A DNA stretch of 64,000 nucleotides from Candidatus Calditenuis fumarioli (GTDB lineage: Archaea > Thermoproteota > Nitrososphaeria_A > Caldarchaeales > Calditenuaceae), in assembly GCA_030059665.1 (NCBI GenBank), contig JANVYR010000001.1, forward strand, positions 320,001-384,000, read 5' to 3'. Each line of letters opens with the position of its first letter. Position 1 is the stretch's first letter. The notes beneath the pieces are model-generated. The model did not search any database. It was not told the DNA's origin and was given only the letters and a program-made list of their open reading frames with translations. Positions 1 to 7,711 of this stretch are shown in pieces. The position numbers and the translations under genes are program-made.

Positions 1-2
1 AG

Positions 3-368
3 AGGGCCGCGCTCTACTCGTACAGGGGAAAGGTGAGGGAGGTGAGGGTCTGGAACGCCGATGACATAGGCGCCGACCCGTCGAAGATAGGGCTCGCGGG
101 GTCGCCGACCATCGTGGGCCCTGGCATCGACATAGGAGGGCCGCCCGTGCAGAAGTTCGTCGGCAGAACGAGGGTCTTCACGCAGAGGGTCGAGGCCTTC
201 GAGTTCAACGGCAAAACCTACGGGCCCTTCGAGCGGTTCGCGAAGGCTGACGACCTGCCGGAGGAGCTGGTCCGCGAGCTGGAGGCAAAGGGTCTGGTCA
301 AACGGTTCGATCTCCGGGACCTCCTGGAGGAGGTGTTCGGAGGTGTCCTCGTCGCAGCAAAGCATTGA
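3..368 (+). CDS. fixA: Electron transfer flavoprotein beta subunit, C-terminal part (5' end outside window)
   Basis: Frame is open from position 3. C-terminal ETF-beta motif WNADDIGADPSKIGLAGSPTIV; lies directly upstream of ETF alpha. Confidence 0.85.
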   Translation, partial: RAALYSYRGKVREVRVWNADDIGADPSKIGLAGSPTIVGPGIDIGGPPVQKFVGRTRVFTQRVEAFEFNGKTYGPFERFAKADDLPEELVRELEAKGLVKRFDLRDLLEEVFGGVLVAAKH

Positions 369-1461
369 GGTCAGGATCGAGGGCTACAGGGACGTCTGGG
401 TGTACTGCGAGCACGAGGACGGGAAGCTGACGAGGCCCACGACCGAGGTCATAGCTGGAGCCAGGAAGGTGGCCGACAAGGTGGGGATGGACGTCGTCGG
501 CGTCCTCATCGGGTACAACCTCGGCGACCTGGTGAGAGAACCGATCTACTACGGAGCCGACAAGGTGATCTACTGCGACGACCCGAGGCTGAAGGACTAC
601 CAGGTGCTGCCCTACACAACCGTCCTATCGGACATGGTGATGCAGCTGAAGCCGTGGGCGCTCCTCTTCGTCACCAGCGAGATCGGCAAGGACCTCGGCC
701 CGAGGGTCGCATACAGGACGAGGACCGGGCTGGCGGCGGACGTGATCGACCTCGTAGTTGAGGACTTCGTGATGAACCTCCCAACCGGAAGGTACGTGTA
801 CAAGGACTGCATCGCGCAGGTCAGACCAGACTTCGCCACGAGGATAGCCAAGATCTTCACGCCGAAGCACAGGCCCCAGATCAGCAGCGTGAGACCCGGG
901 AACTTCACGCCGTTGCCGAGGGACGAGTCGAGGAGGGGAGAGATCGTGAGGTGGGAGCCGAGGTTCGATGAGGACGACTTCCAGGTCGAGGTCCTCGAGA
1001 CCGTGAGGGTTCCCAAGAGCGAGGTCAAGCTGGAGGAGGCCAAGGTGGTGATCAGTCTGGGGCTCGGTGTGCTCAGGGACGCCTCGGGCAGGCCGAGGAA
1101 CCCGAGGGAGGCCTACGAGCTCGCGAAACAGTTGGCCGACCTGATCAGGGAGAAGTTCGGCGTCGAGACCGAGATTGGCGCCAGCAGGGCCCTCATATAC
1201 GCTGAGTTGAAGGAGCTCGAGGGCCTGATAACCAAGGACCGTCAGGTGGGACAGACCGGCAAGACGATAGCTCCGGACGTCTACATCGCGCTCGGCATCA
1301 GCGGCGCCCTCCAGCACAGGGTCGGGATGCAGAGGTCGAAGAAGATCATCGCGGTCAACGTAGACCCGAACGCCCCCATCTTCCAGATAGCGCACTACGG
1401 CTACGTCGGGGACCTCTACGAGTTCCTGCCCAAGGCGATCGAGATCCTGAGGTCGATGTGA
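343..1461 (+). CDS. fixB: Electron transfer flavoprotein alpha subunit
   Basis: FAD-binding motifs QVGQTGK, YIALGISGALQH and IIAVNVDPNAPIF. Confidence 0.95.
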   Translation: MSSSQQSIEVRIEGYRDVWVYCEHEDGKLTRPTTEVIAGARKVADKVGMDVVGVLIGYNLGDLVREPIYYGADKVIYCDDPRLKDYQVLPYTTVLSDMVMQLKPWALLFVTSEIGKDLGPRVAYRTRTGLAADVIDLVVEDFVMNLPTGRYVYKDCIAQVRPDFATRIAKIFTPKHRPQISSVRPGNFTPLPRDESRRGEIVRWEPRFDEDDFQVEVLETVRVPKSEVKLEEAKVVISLGLGVLRDASGRPRNPREAYELAKQLADLIREKFGVETEIGASRALIYAELKELEGLITKDRQVGQTGKTIAPDVYIALGISGALQHRVGMQRSKKIIAVNVDPNAPIFQIAHYGYVGDLYEFLPKAIEILRSM

Positions 1462-1462
1462 G

Positions 1463-3157
1463 ATGGGCTACGACTTCGACGCGGTAGTGGTGGGAGCTGG
1501 GCCCGCGGGATCCGCCGCCGCGATGAAGATGGTTCGGAGGGGGCTTCAGGTCGCCCTCATCGAGAAGGGCCTCGTTCCCGGGAGCAAGAACGTCTCCGGT
1601 GGCGTGCTCTACCTCGATTACATACCCGGTTACAGCGTGGAGGACGTCTTCCCCAACTTCGAGAAGGAGGCGCCCCTCGAGCGGAGGATAGTGGAGCACG
1701 AGGTCTACTTCGTCTCGGAGCCGGTGAGGAGGAACGGCGAGGCCGAATACAGGTTCAGGAGGATCGGTGAGAGGTCCCTGCTCACCTCGCTCGGCCTCAC
1801 AGGCCTCACCGAGACCGGAGGGAGGGCGTACTCAGTTCTCAGGGCGAGGCTAGACAGGTGGATGGCAGAACGCGTTGCCGAGGAGGGTGGGGTGCTGAAT
1901 ACCTGCACTTCGGTCGAGGAGCTGCTCTTCGAGGACGGTCGCGTGGTCGGCGTCAGGACGAACCGGGAGGAGGTGAGGGCGAAGGTCGTGATAGACGCCT
2001 CCGGCGTGACGTCGAACCTGGTTGTCCAGGCGGGCCTGAGGTCCAAGCTCGAGCCGGAGCAGGTCTACCACGGCGTCAAGCACGTCTTCAAGCTGAAGGA
2101 GGAGGAGATCGAGCGGAGGTTCGGGGTCGGGAAGGGCGAGGGCAAGGCGATCTACTACGTCGGTCCCTTCATGAAGGGCGTTGAGGGCGGCGCCTTCATC
2201 TACACCAACCGCGACACGCTGAGCGTCGGCATCGTCATCTCCCTCAGCTCCTTCCTCAAGAGGGCAGCCGAGGATCCGATCAACGTGGGCAAACCGGTCG
2301 ACCTCCTCGAGGAGTTCGAGGCCCACCCGGCCGTATCGGGGTTGCTCGAGGGTGCGGAGCTGGTCGAGTACTCCGCGCACAACATACCGAAGGGTTACAG
2401 GACGATGCTGGAACGCCCGTACAGGCCCGGCTTCCTCGTTGCGGGTGACGCTCTGGGAGCCTTCGTCAAGATCGGTGCCCTCATCGACGGGATGCGGAGG
2501 GCCATAGCTACCGGGATCATGGCCGCCGAGACGGCAATAAGAGCGATCGAGTCCAACAGGTTCGACGAGGCCACCTTCTCGGTTTACAGGGAGCTGCTGA
2601 GGCCGATCTACCGCGACGTCTCGAGGTCAGGGAGGAGCGCTGCGCTGAGCGAGGGCAGCATAGGTTACCGGCTCGCGCCGAAGCTGATGCTGATGGGTTC
2701 GAGCGTCGGGAAGGGACCGGCGAAGGCCGATGAGCAGAACCGATCGGATGCGCTGAAGAAGATCCAGTCGCTGACGGCTCTGCTGCAATACGACGAGGAC
2801 CACCATTACAGCCACATCAAGGTCGACACCGAGAGGGCCTCGAGCGCTCCCCTGAAGCTCTGGGTCCCGGCATGCCCCGTCAACTGCTACACCATCCTGC
2901 TCGAGAAGGGCGTCTTCGCATCCTTCAGGGACCTGTACCTGTTCAACCTCGAGCGGCTGAGGGCCAACGGGGTCCCGGAGGAAGAGGCCATGAGGAGGGC
3001 TCTCAAGGAGACGGTCGACGACATCAGGAGGGCGAGGCTAAGGTTCGACTACGTGGCGTGCGTCGCCTGCGGAACGTGTGGGGTGATAGGCCCACCAGGC
3101 ACGGTTGACTTCGGCCACGAGAGGGACGGACACGGCGTGATCTTCAGGTACGGCTGA
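1463..3157 (+). CDS. fixC: FixC flavoprotein (ETF:quinone oxidoreductase-like) fused to a C-terminal FixX ferredoxin
   Basis: N-terminal VVVGAGPAG, second FAD motif LVAGDA, C-terminal CPVNCY and ACVACGTC; in operon with fixAB. Confidence 0.9.
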   Translation: MGYDFDAVVVGAGPAGSAAAMKMVRRGLQVALIEKGLVPGSKNVSGGVLYLDYIPGYSVEDVFPNFEKEAPLERRIVEHEVYFVSEPVRRNGEAEYRFRRIGERSLLTSLGLTGLTETGGRAYSVLRARLDRWMAERVAEEGGVLNTCTSVEELLFEDGRVVGVRTNREEVRAKVVIDASGVTSNLVVQAGLRSKLEPEQVYHGVKHVFKLKEEEIERRFGVGKGEGKAIYYVGPFMKGVEGGAFIYTNRDTLSVGIVISLSSFLKRAAEDPINVGKPVDLLEEFEAHPAVSGLLEGAELVEYSAHNIPKGYRTMLERPYRPGFLVAGDALGAFVKIGALIDGMRRAIATGIMAAETAIRAIESNRFDEATFSVYRELLRPIYRDVSRSGRSAALSEGSIGYRLAPKLMLMGSSVGKGPAKADEQNRSDALKKIQSLTALLQYDEDHHYSHIKVDTERASSAPLKLWVPACPVNCYTILLEKGVFASFRDLYLFNLERLRANGVPEEEAMRRALKETVDDIRRARLRFDYVACVACGTCGVIGPPGTVDFGHERDGHGVIFRYG

Positions 3158-3173
3158 GGCTGGGGAAGGCAGA

Positions 3174-3866
3174 TCACCTCCTCAGGACAGCCCTCTCTAG
3201 CGCGCAGAGGGCCCTCGATACCGCCACCCAGGCATCTAGCCTCTGGTCGTGGAGCTTCACCCTGACGTCGGCGGCGCTCATCACCTCCTCGCTGAAGTCT
3301 CCGTGGGGGAAGCAACCGACCACCAGTATCACTCCGCCGTCTCCCATCAACTCCGCCAGCCTCTCTTCCCTCAGCTCCTCGCCCGACTCGTGAAGGAGCA
3401 CCACCGGATTCCTCCCCAGCGCCTCAAGGACCTCCCGGAAGCTCCTCCGCTCCACCTCGAGCAGGACCTTCCCCTCCTCGGTCACGACCCTGCCGTCCCT
3501 GAAGAGGGCCTCCATCAGCCCCTTGAACCGGTCGTAGACCCGCGGCAACCGGGTCGAGGGGTCTATCCTGATCCAGTAGCCCGAGATCGTGTGGACGTGG
3601 ACCGACATCAGGCCTGCGAGGTTCAGCGGAGACCCGAGGGCCTCGAGCAGTGTGACGTGGACTATGTCCGGCCTGCCCCTCTTCTCCGCATTAGAGAGCT
3701 TCCTCATCGCCCTGTGGTGGTACGAAGAGTCGAGGAGCGTCCACCTCGGAGACTTCCCCCGCCTGCGGCAGTAGGCCCTGACGTCGGGCTCCGACCAGAG
3801 CTCCGGAGGTATCAGCTCGAGCGACGCCTCCGCCAGCAGGAGCTTGACCGGTGGAACGGCAGCCAC
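3174..3866 (-). CDS. nep1: Nep1/Emg1 SSU rRNA pseudouridine N1-methyltransferase (SPOUT)
   Basis: LLAEASLELIP, LDSSYH, KRGRPDIVH, RLPRVYDRFKGLM, VGCFPHGDF. Confidence 0.93.
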   Translation of the reverse strand: MAAVPPVKLLLAEASLELIPPELWSEPDVRAYCRRRGKSPRWTLLDSSYHHRAMRKLSNAEKRGRPDIVHVTLLEALGSPLNLAGLMSVHVHTISGYWIRIDPSTRLPRVYDRFKGLMEALFRDGRVVTEEGKVLLEVERRSFREVLEALGRNPVVLLHESGEELREERLAELMGDGGVILVVGCFPHGDFSEEVMSAADVRVKLHDQRLDAWVAVSRALCALERAVLRR

Positions 3867-3986
3867 CCCACGTTTCAGAGAGTTCAGGCACCGCTAAAAC
3901 GGAACCGCCGTGAGCTTGCACGTCCAGCTCAGCACGTCAAAAACCTCTCATCGGAACCCTTTGGCCCTCAAACCCACGGGTAAAAA

Positions 3987-4077
3987 GGCGCTGATGAAGG
4001 TGATCTTGACGGGAAGGTTCTGGCCCTGATCGAGCTGCCGATCGCGGGGCTGATGTCGGAGGAACCGGTGGAGGTGA
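3987..4077 (+). repeat. Rearranged exact copy of two segments of the adenine deaminase gene
   Basis: 3987-4005 equals 48038-48056 (19 nt). 4005-4077 equals 48240-48312 (73 nt). Compared base by base. Confidence 0.92.
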
Positions 4078-4139
4078 ACAGTCTCTTCGAGTATCTAGAG
4101 ATGACGTAGCGTGTGTTCTTGTAAAGGGGAGGGTAGTCT

Positions 4140-4433
4140 ATGGCTCGCTCTAGGAGACCTTACGTAATCCTGAACACGGCCATGACGTTGGATGGCAAGA
4201 TAGCAACTAGGACGGGCGACTCGGAGATCTCTTGTATGGACGATAAAATCGAATTGCATAAGTTAAGGGCCTCGACTGACGCCGTAATGGTCGGGATAAA
4301 CACGGTCTTGGTTGATAACCCTCGCCTCTCGGTCAGGTATGTCGAGGGTAACCCAACACGGTCTCGGTTTACGACGTCACAGGTACGGTTGACAGCATCG
4401 TCATCTCCAAGTTCAAGAACAGGCAGGAGGTGA
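4140..4433 (+). pseudogene. N-terminal fragment of RibD-C/ArfC-type pyrimidine reductase
   Basis: RPYVILNTAMTLDGKIA...LRASTDAVMVGINTVLVDNPRL. Similarity ends at ~4350; has a good RBS (GGGGAGGG). Confidence 0.8.
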
Positions 4434-4612
4434 GCAACTTCACCAAGAGGCTCCTGAGCATCCCGTACGTCGAGCGGACCAACACCCACGTCGTCCTGAC
4501 GGTCGTGAAGGAGGACCCGAGGGGGCCGCTGCTGAAGGAGCTGGGGAGGGCCCTGCCGGGAAGGGAGAGGATGCCGGAGGAGCCGAGGGAGGAGGTGGGA
4601 GGTTACGGGTAA
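4352..4612 (+). pseudogene. C-terminal fragment of an Lrp/AsnC regulator (ligand-binding domain), no start codon
   Basis: Frame from 4352 reads PNTVSVYDVTGTVDSIVISKFKNRQEVSNFTKRLLSIPYVERTNTHVVLTVVKED, typical of archaeal Lrp C-domains. Confidence 0.7.
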
Positions 4613-4936
4613 GGAAGCCTAGATGGATGAAGGTAGAGATAGTCCAAAGGCATCCATTACAACCTATTCCCGAACGCGGCGTGAACCTGAGACGAAGGAG
4701 CGCCAGCAGGAGAAGAAAAGGGTGTAGAACTTGAGGAATTAGGTCATATGGCAACTCAAGAAAGGAAGAAAAGGGAGGGGTTGGATCGTTTGTTTCGTCA
4801 GCTTCTGGCGTCCTCGGTCGTTTGGGGCCCGGGCCGGGGTTAAAATTGAGTGGGTTACGCCTCGCCGCCTCGCGGCGGGGGCGGTTTTACCCGTGAAGTA
4901 CCCGAACCCGGGTCTCCCCCGCCGAGGCGCCCGGCC

Positions 4937-5800
4937 CTAGCCCTGTCGCTGAGGAGCTGGTATGCCCTCGGACCTCTCGTGGGTCTCCTGCCTAAATCTG
5001 AACATCAGCCATATCCTGAACGCTGTCGCCTCTTCGTCCCGCTGTGTCGGTTTATCGTTTATCAGCGCCATCGTCAATCTGTTCAATGCCTTTCTCGCCA
5101 CGTGGCTGAACTTCTTGTTCTTTTTCGACTTCCTGCTTTTTCTGAACAGTCCCAAATATGCCCGAACTTTCGCGAAAGGCTTCCTGAAGTCAACGTATGT
5201 CAGCAACTCAGCCAATGCTTCCCTTGCCATCAAATGGCCTTCGCCTGAAATCCCCAACTCCTCAGCAATGTAATCGAAATACGGATACCTTCTCCGAGCC
5301 TCCTCTACGATAACCTCGGCTAACATCCCCTTCTCCATCTGCGCCTGCCTCACCAGTCTTCTAAGACTCTCTTGTGCCACCGGAGATGCCGCCTTAAGCT
5401 GGTTCTCCAGCTGCTGCTTCGTCCTTTCGATCGACCTGTAGGTCGAGATCAACCTCCGCATCTCTAGGAAATTTTCGTCTACCCTTCGGTACCATTTGCA
5501 CTCAATGGTCATCATCGCTTTGATGTCGCTCTTCGTGGACTTAGGCAATCCCATCCTCTCTCTCATCTGCTTGACCAGACGCAATCGCCGAAGATAGTAG
5601 ACCTCCACTCCCTTCCTCAGTAATTGTATGAAGGAGTCCGTAAGCATCACCGGTATCGTATCGACATATACCCGATCGCCAGGTCCTGCTGGGATTTCCG
5701 CCGGATCATCGATATGTTTGAAGCTCTTGCCGTCAGTTGTATAGGTTATCCTAAATCCGCTTTCATCCTTCTTCCTGTGTACGTCGCAATAGAACCTCAT
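4937..5800 (-). CDS. IS110-family (DEDD/RuvC-like) transposase/recombinase-like protein
   Basis: N-terminal YCDVH, then VYVDT, KSTKSD (KTDxxD-like), coiled coil ending LENQL, GISG, KVRAYLGL and ARKAL; same order as in IS110 proteins. Confidence 0.7.
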   Translation of the reverse strand: MRFYCDVHRKKDESGFRITYTTDGKSFKHIDDPAEIPAGPGDRVYVDTIPVMLTDSFIQLLRKGVEVYYLRRLRLVKQMRERMGLPKSTKSDIKAMMTIECKWYRRVDENFLEMRRLISTYRSIERTKQQLENQLKAASPVAQESLRRLVRQAQMEKGMLAEVIVEEARRRYPYFDYIAEELGISGEGHLMAREALAELLTYVDFRKPFAKVRAYLGLFRKSRKSKKNKKFSHVARKALNRLTMALINDKPTQRDEEATAFRIWLMFRFRQETHERSEGIPAPQRQG

Positions 5801-6099
5801 CTCACATCACCGTATTTCAGCAACGTAAACAGGAGCACCAATACCAGCATCACCTGTAGTAGCGTCAGAAGAACCATTGCTGGCGTTAGCGGTAGCCTCG
5901 TCGAGACTACGGCCACCATTAGCGCCATAGCTATCGTCCTTTTCTTCCAGAGCGACCAGGGCCATCGAGGCCTCCTCTCCCCCCTGACCTCGAGGATCTC
6001 CAGGACCCTCGGGGCGGGATACTTCCCAACCCCGAGGACCCTTGGAGGTGGGAGGGATAGGGGAGATACCTCGATGACCCTCGGTTCGTTGTCGGTCAT
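5797..6099 (-). CDS. Small membrane protein, hypothetical
   Basis: RBS GAGGTGA; hydrophobic C-terminal half; stop codon overlaps the next ATG (ATGA). Confidence 0.6.
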   Translation of the reverse strand: MTDNEPRVIEVSPLSLPPPRVLGVGKYPAPRVLEILEVRGERRPRWPWSLWKKRTIAMALMVAVVSTRLPLTPAMVLLTLLQVMLVLVLLFTLLKYGDVR

Positions 6100-6110
6100 C
6101 GCCGATCACC

Positions 6111-6458
6111 TCAATCTATCGGTATTGGGGGGATGGGTTCGTCCCCCCAATACATCTGGTCTTCGTCCTCTACCCACCCTTCCTCGTCTTCCTCCCATTC
6201 CTCTTCGAATTCTTCCTCCTCCCATTCATCCTCGAAGTCCTCTTCCTCCTCCCACTCCTCTTCTTCCCATTCCGCCTTGAAGGTCGTCTGTTTCGTTTCC
6301 TCGTAGCTGATGTATGTCAATTGGATATACCTCGTCCTGAATCTGCGCCTCCTGGGCTTTGTCCTCAGCATTGTAGAGCATAGCGGGCATCGAACGTCGT
6401 CTGTTTCGATGAACTGTTGGCATCTGCTGCAGAATCGGCGGTTGTCGCCGTATCTCAA
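6111..6458 (-). CDS. Zinc-finger protein (CxxC-x9-CxxC) with acidic Trp-rich tail
   Basis: Likely TTG start at 6458 after GGAGGGG. FCSRC...RCPLC followed by EWEEEEWEEEEDFEDEWEEEE. The 6791 start of the ORF track runs through hairpin DNA. Confidence 0.65.
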   Translation of the reverse strand: MRYGDNRRFCSRCQQFIETDDVRCPLCSTMLRTKPRRRRFRTRYIQLTYISYEETKQTTFKAEWEEEEWEEEEDFEDEWEEEEFEEEWEEDEEGWVEDEDQMYWGDEPIPPIPID

Positions 6459-6479
6459 AGCTCTTCCCCCTCCCCTGAT

Positions 6480-6830
6480 GGCTAACCCCCCGTCATAGGC
6501 CCCCGGGCCAGGGACCGTGATGGGTGGGGCATGGGACCCAGTCGTCGTTCGTCCGGGGAGCCCAACCCCCGGCGGGTCGGCTCGTCGGTCGTCCACAACC
6601 CTGCCTGCACCCGAGGGGACGCCGCCCTTCCCCCCGGGGAGGCTCCTCCTACCGGGCATGTTCCCACCCGGAGAAGAGACGCCCCCACCGGGACCCCGAG
6701 GAGTGGAAACTCCCCGGGGCGTTCGACAGGCGAATCCCCGGGAATGCTCCCGGGGTTGGACTCTCCCCTCGGGACCCCCAACCCGAGCCACCAGGCCCGG
6801 GCTGGGGGCCCGAGCCCGGTGGCTTAAAAA
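6480..6830 (+). ncRNA. Candidate structured non-coding RNA or origin-like hairpin array
   Basis: Stems 6553-6558/6567-6572; 6694-6719 with GGAA tetraloop; perfect 8-bp stem 6736-6743/6748-6755; stem 6786-6792/6818-6824 before an A-run. Confidence 0.4.
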
Positions 6831-6872
6831 ATGATCAAACGGGTTGGGGGTTGTCGTCGTTCTGTCGGTAAA

Positions 6873-7106
6873 TCAGCCGAGGCTTCTGATGAGCAGCGGC
6901 AACAGTAGTGCCATCACCAGTAGTATTATCGGAGGTAGCAGGTCTATCGGCCACATCATCCCTTGCTTCCTAACGACCGCCCGCAGTTGTTTACCGCATC
7001 TCGAACAGCGTAGCGTCTTGGTACCATCTTTGCACTCCTCGCGGGCCTCTTCCCGCTCCTCCCGCTCCTCGATCTCCCGGGCCCCTGCCCGAGTGTCATG
7101 ACCGCT
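6873..7106 (-). pseudogene. Open frame with CxxC motif plus C-terminal TM helix, lacking an in-frame start (or 28-aa TM peptide from ATG 6959)
   Basis: Reads EECKDGTKTLRCSRCGKQLR...MMWPIDLLPPIILLVMALLLPLLIRSLG; no ATG/GTG/TTG before 6959. Confidence 0.35.
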
Positions 7107-7320
7107 TCATCCCGGAGGTCGCCGCCCGAAACCTACGGCATAGGGGCCTTTCGGGCCTTCCCTCCTTCATGACACTCCCCGGGCTCCTCCGGGATTACCT
7201 GACTACGGGTTCCCCGGCGCAAGCCGGGTCCCGTCCCTCCCGGAGGCCCCCACCTCCCCCTCAGGGGCAAACCCCCGGGGGAGGAAAGGAGCCTCCCCCG
7301 GAGGCCGCCCTCAAGGGGTC
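7100..7320 (+). ncRNA. Candidate structured non-coding RNA
   Basis: CCGGC-GCAA-GCCGG (7214-7227) nested inside ACGGG/CCCGT; GGGG-CAAA-CCCC (7264-7275) nested inside longer G/C stems. Confidence 0.35.
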
Positions 7321-7450
7321 ATTGATGGGGAAGCAAAAAATGGAGGGAAATGGTTTACGGGAGGAGCGGAGTCGTGGGATTATCGAGGATCATCTGAGGT
7401 CGTCGGACGGTGCGTGGCCTCGTCGCCCTACCTCGTCCCCATCCCCGGGC

Positions 7451-7711
7451 TCATATGAACCCGAGGAGGAGCGGGACGACGAGGTGGGTGAACACCAACG
7501 CCAGAACGCCGCCTATCGCCAGCCTGATTCCGTACCCCTCCTGGCGGAAACCGATCGCCAGGAGGAGTCCGCCGAGGATCATCGCTATACCAAGCGCGTC
7601 GATGATCGGCGTCGCCACCTCGAACAGCGTCAACATCACCTGTTTGATGACTTGAGCAACCTTGCTGCCCACCTCGCTGGCCGAGATCAGAGCCGTGACC
7701 AGGGAGATCAT
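7451..7711 (-). CDS. VirB2/TrbC/CedA1-like two-TM pilin-type protein
   Basis: 86 aa from ATG 7711 with G-rich RBS. Amphipathic N-helix, then two hydrophobic helices separated by a short charged loop (GFRQEGYG). Confidence 0.55.
   Translation of the reverse strand: MISLVTALISASEVGSKVAQVIKQVMLTLFEVATPIIDALGIAMILGGLLLAIGFRQEGYGIRLAIGGVLALVFTHLVVPLLLGFI

Noticed and set aside
6459-6791. N-terminal 110 aa of the 226-aa ORF 6111..6791
   Set aside because: Low-complexity Pro/Gly/Arg translation of hairpin DNA; a better TTG start with RBS exists at 6458.
6791-6800. CCAGGCCCGG resembles the start of SRP RNA helix 8
   Set aside because: The required GGAAGGGAGCA continuation is absent.
6886-6892. CTGATGA hammerhead core
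   Set aside because: No stem II followed by GAAA; it is the antisense of a TM-coding stretch.
7281-7288. GAGGAAAG resembles the RNase P RNA 5' P4 strand
   Set aside because: Not followed by TCC, and no matching 3' P4 consensus was found at a suitable distance.
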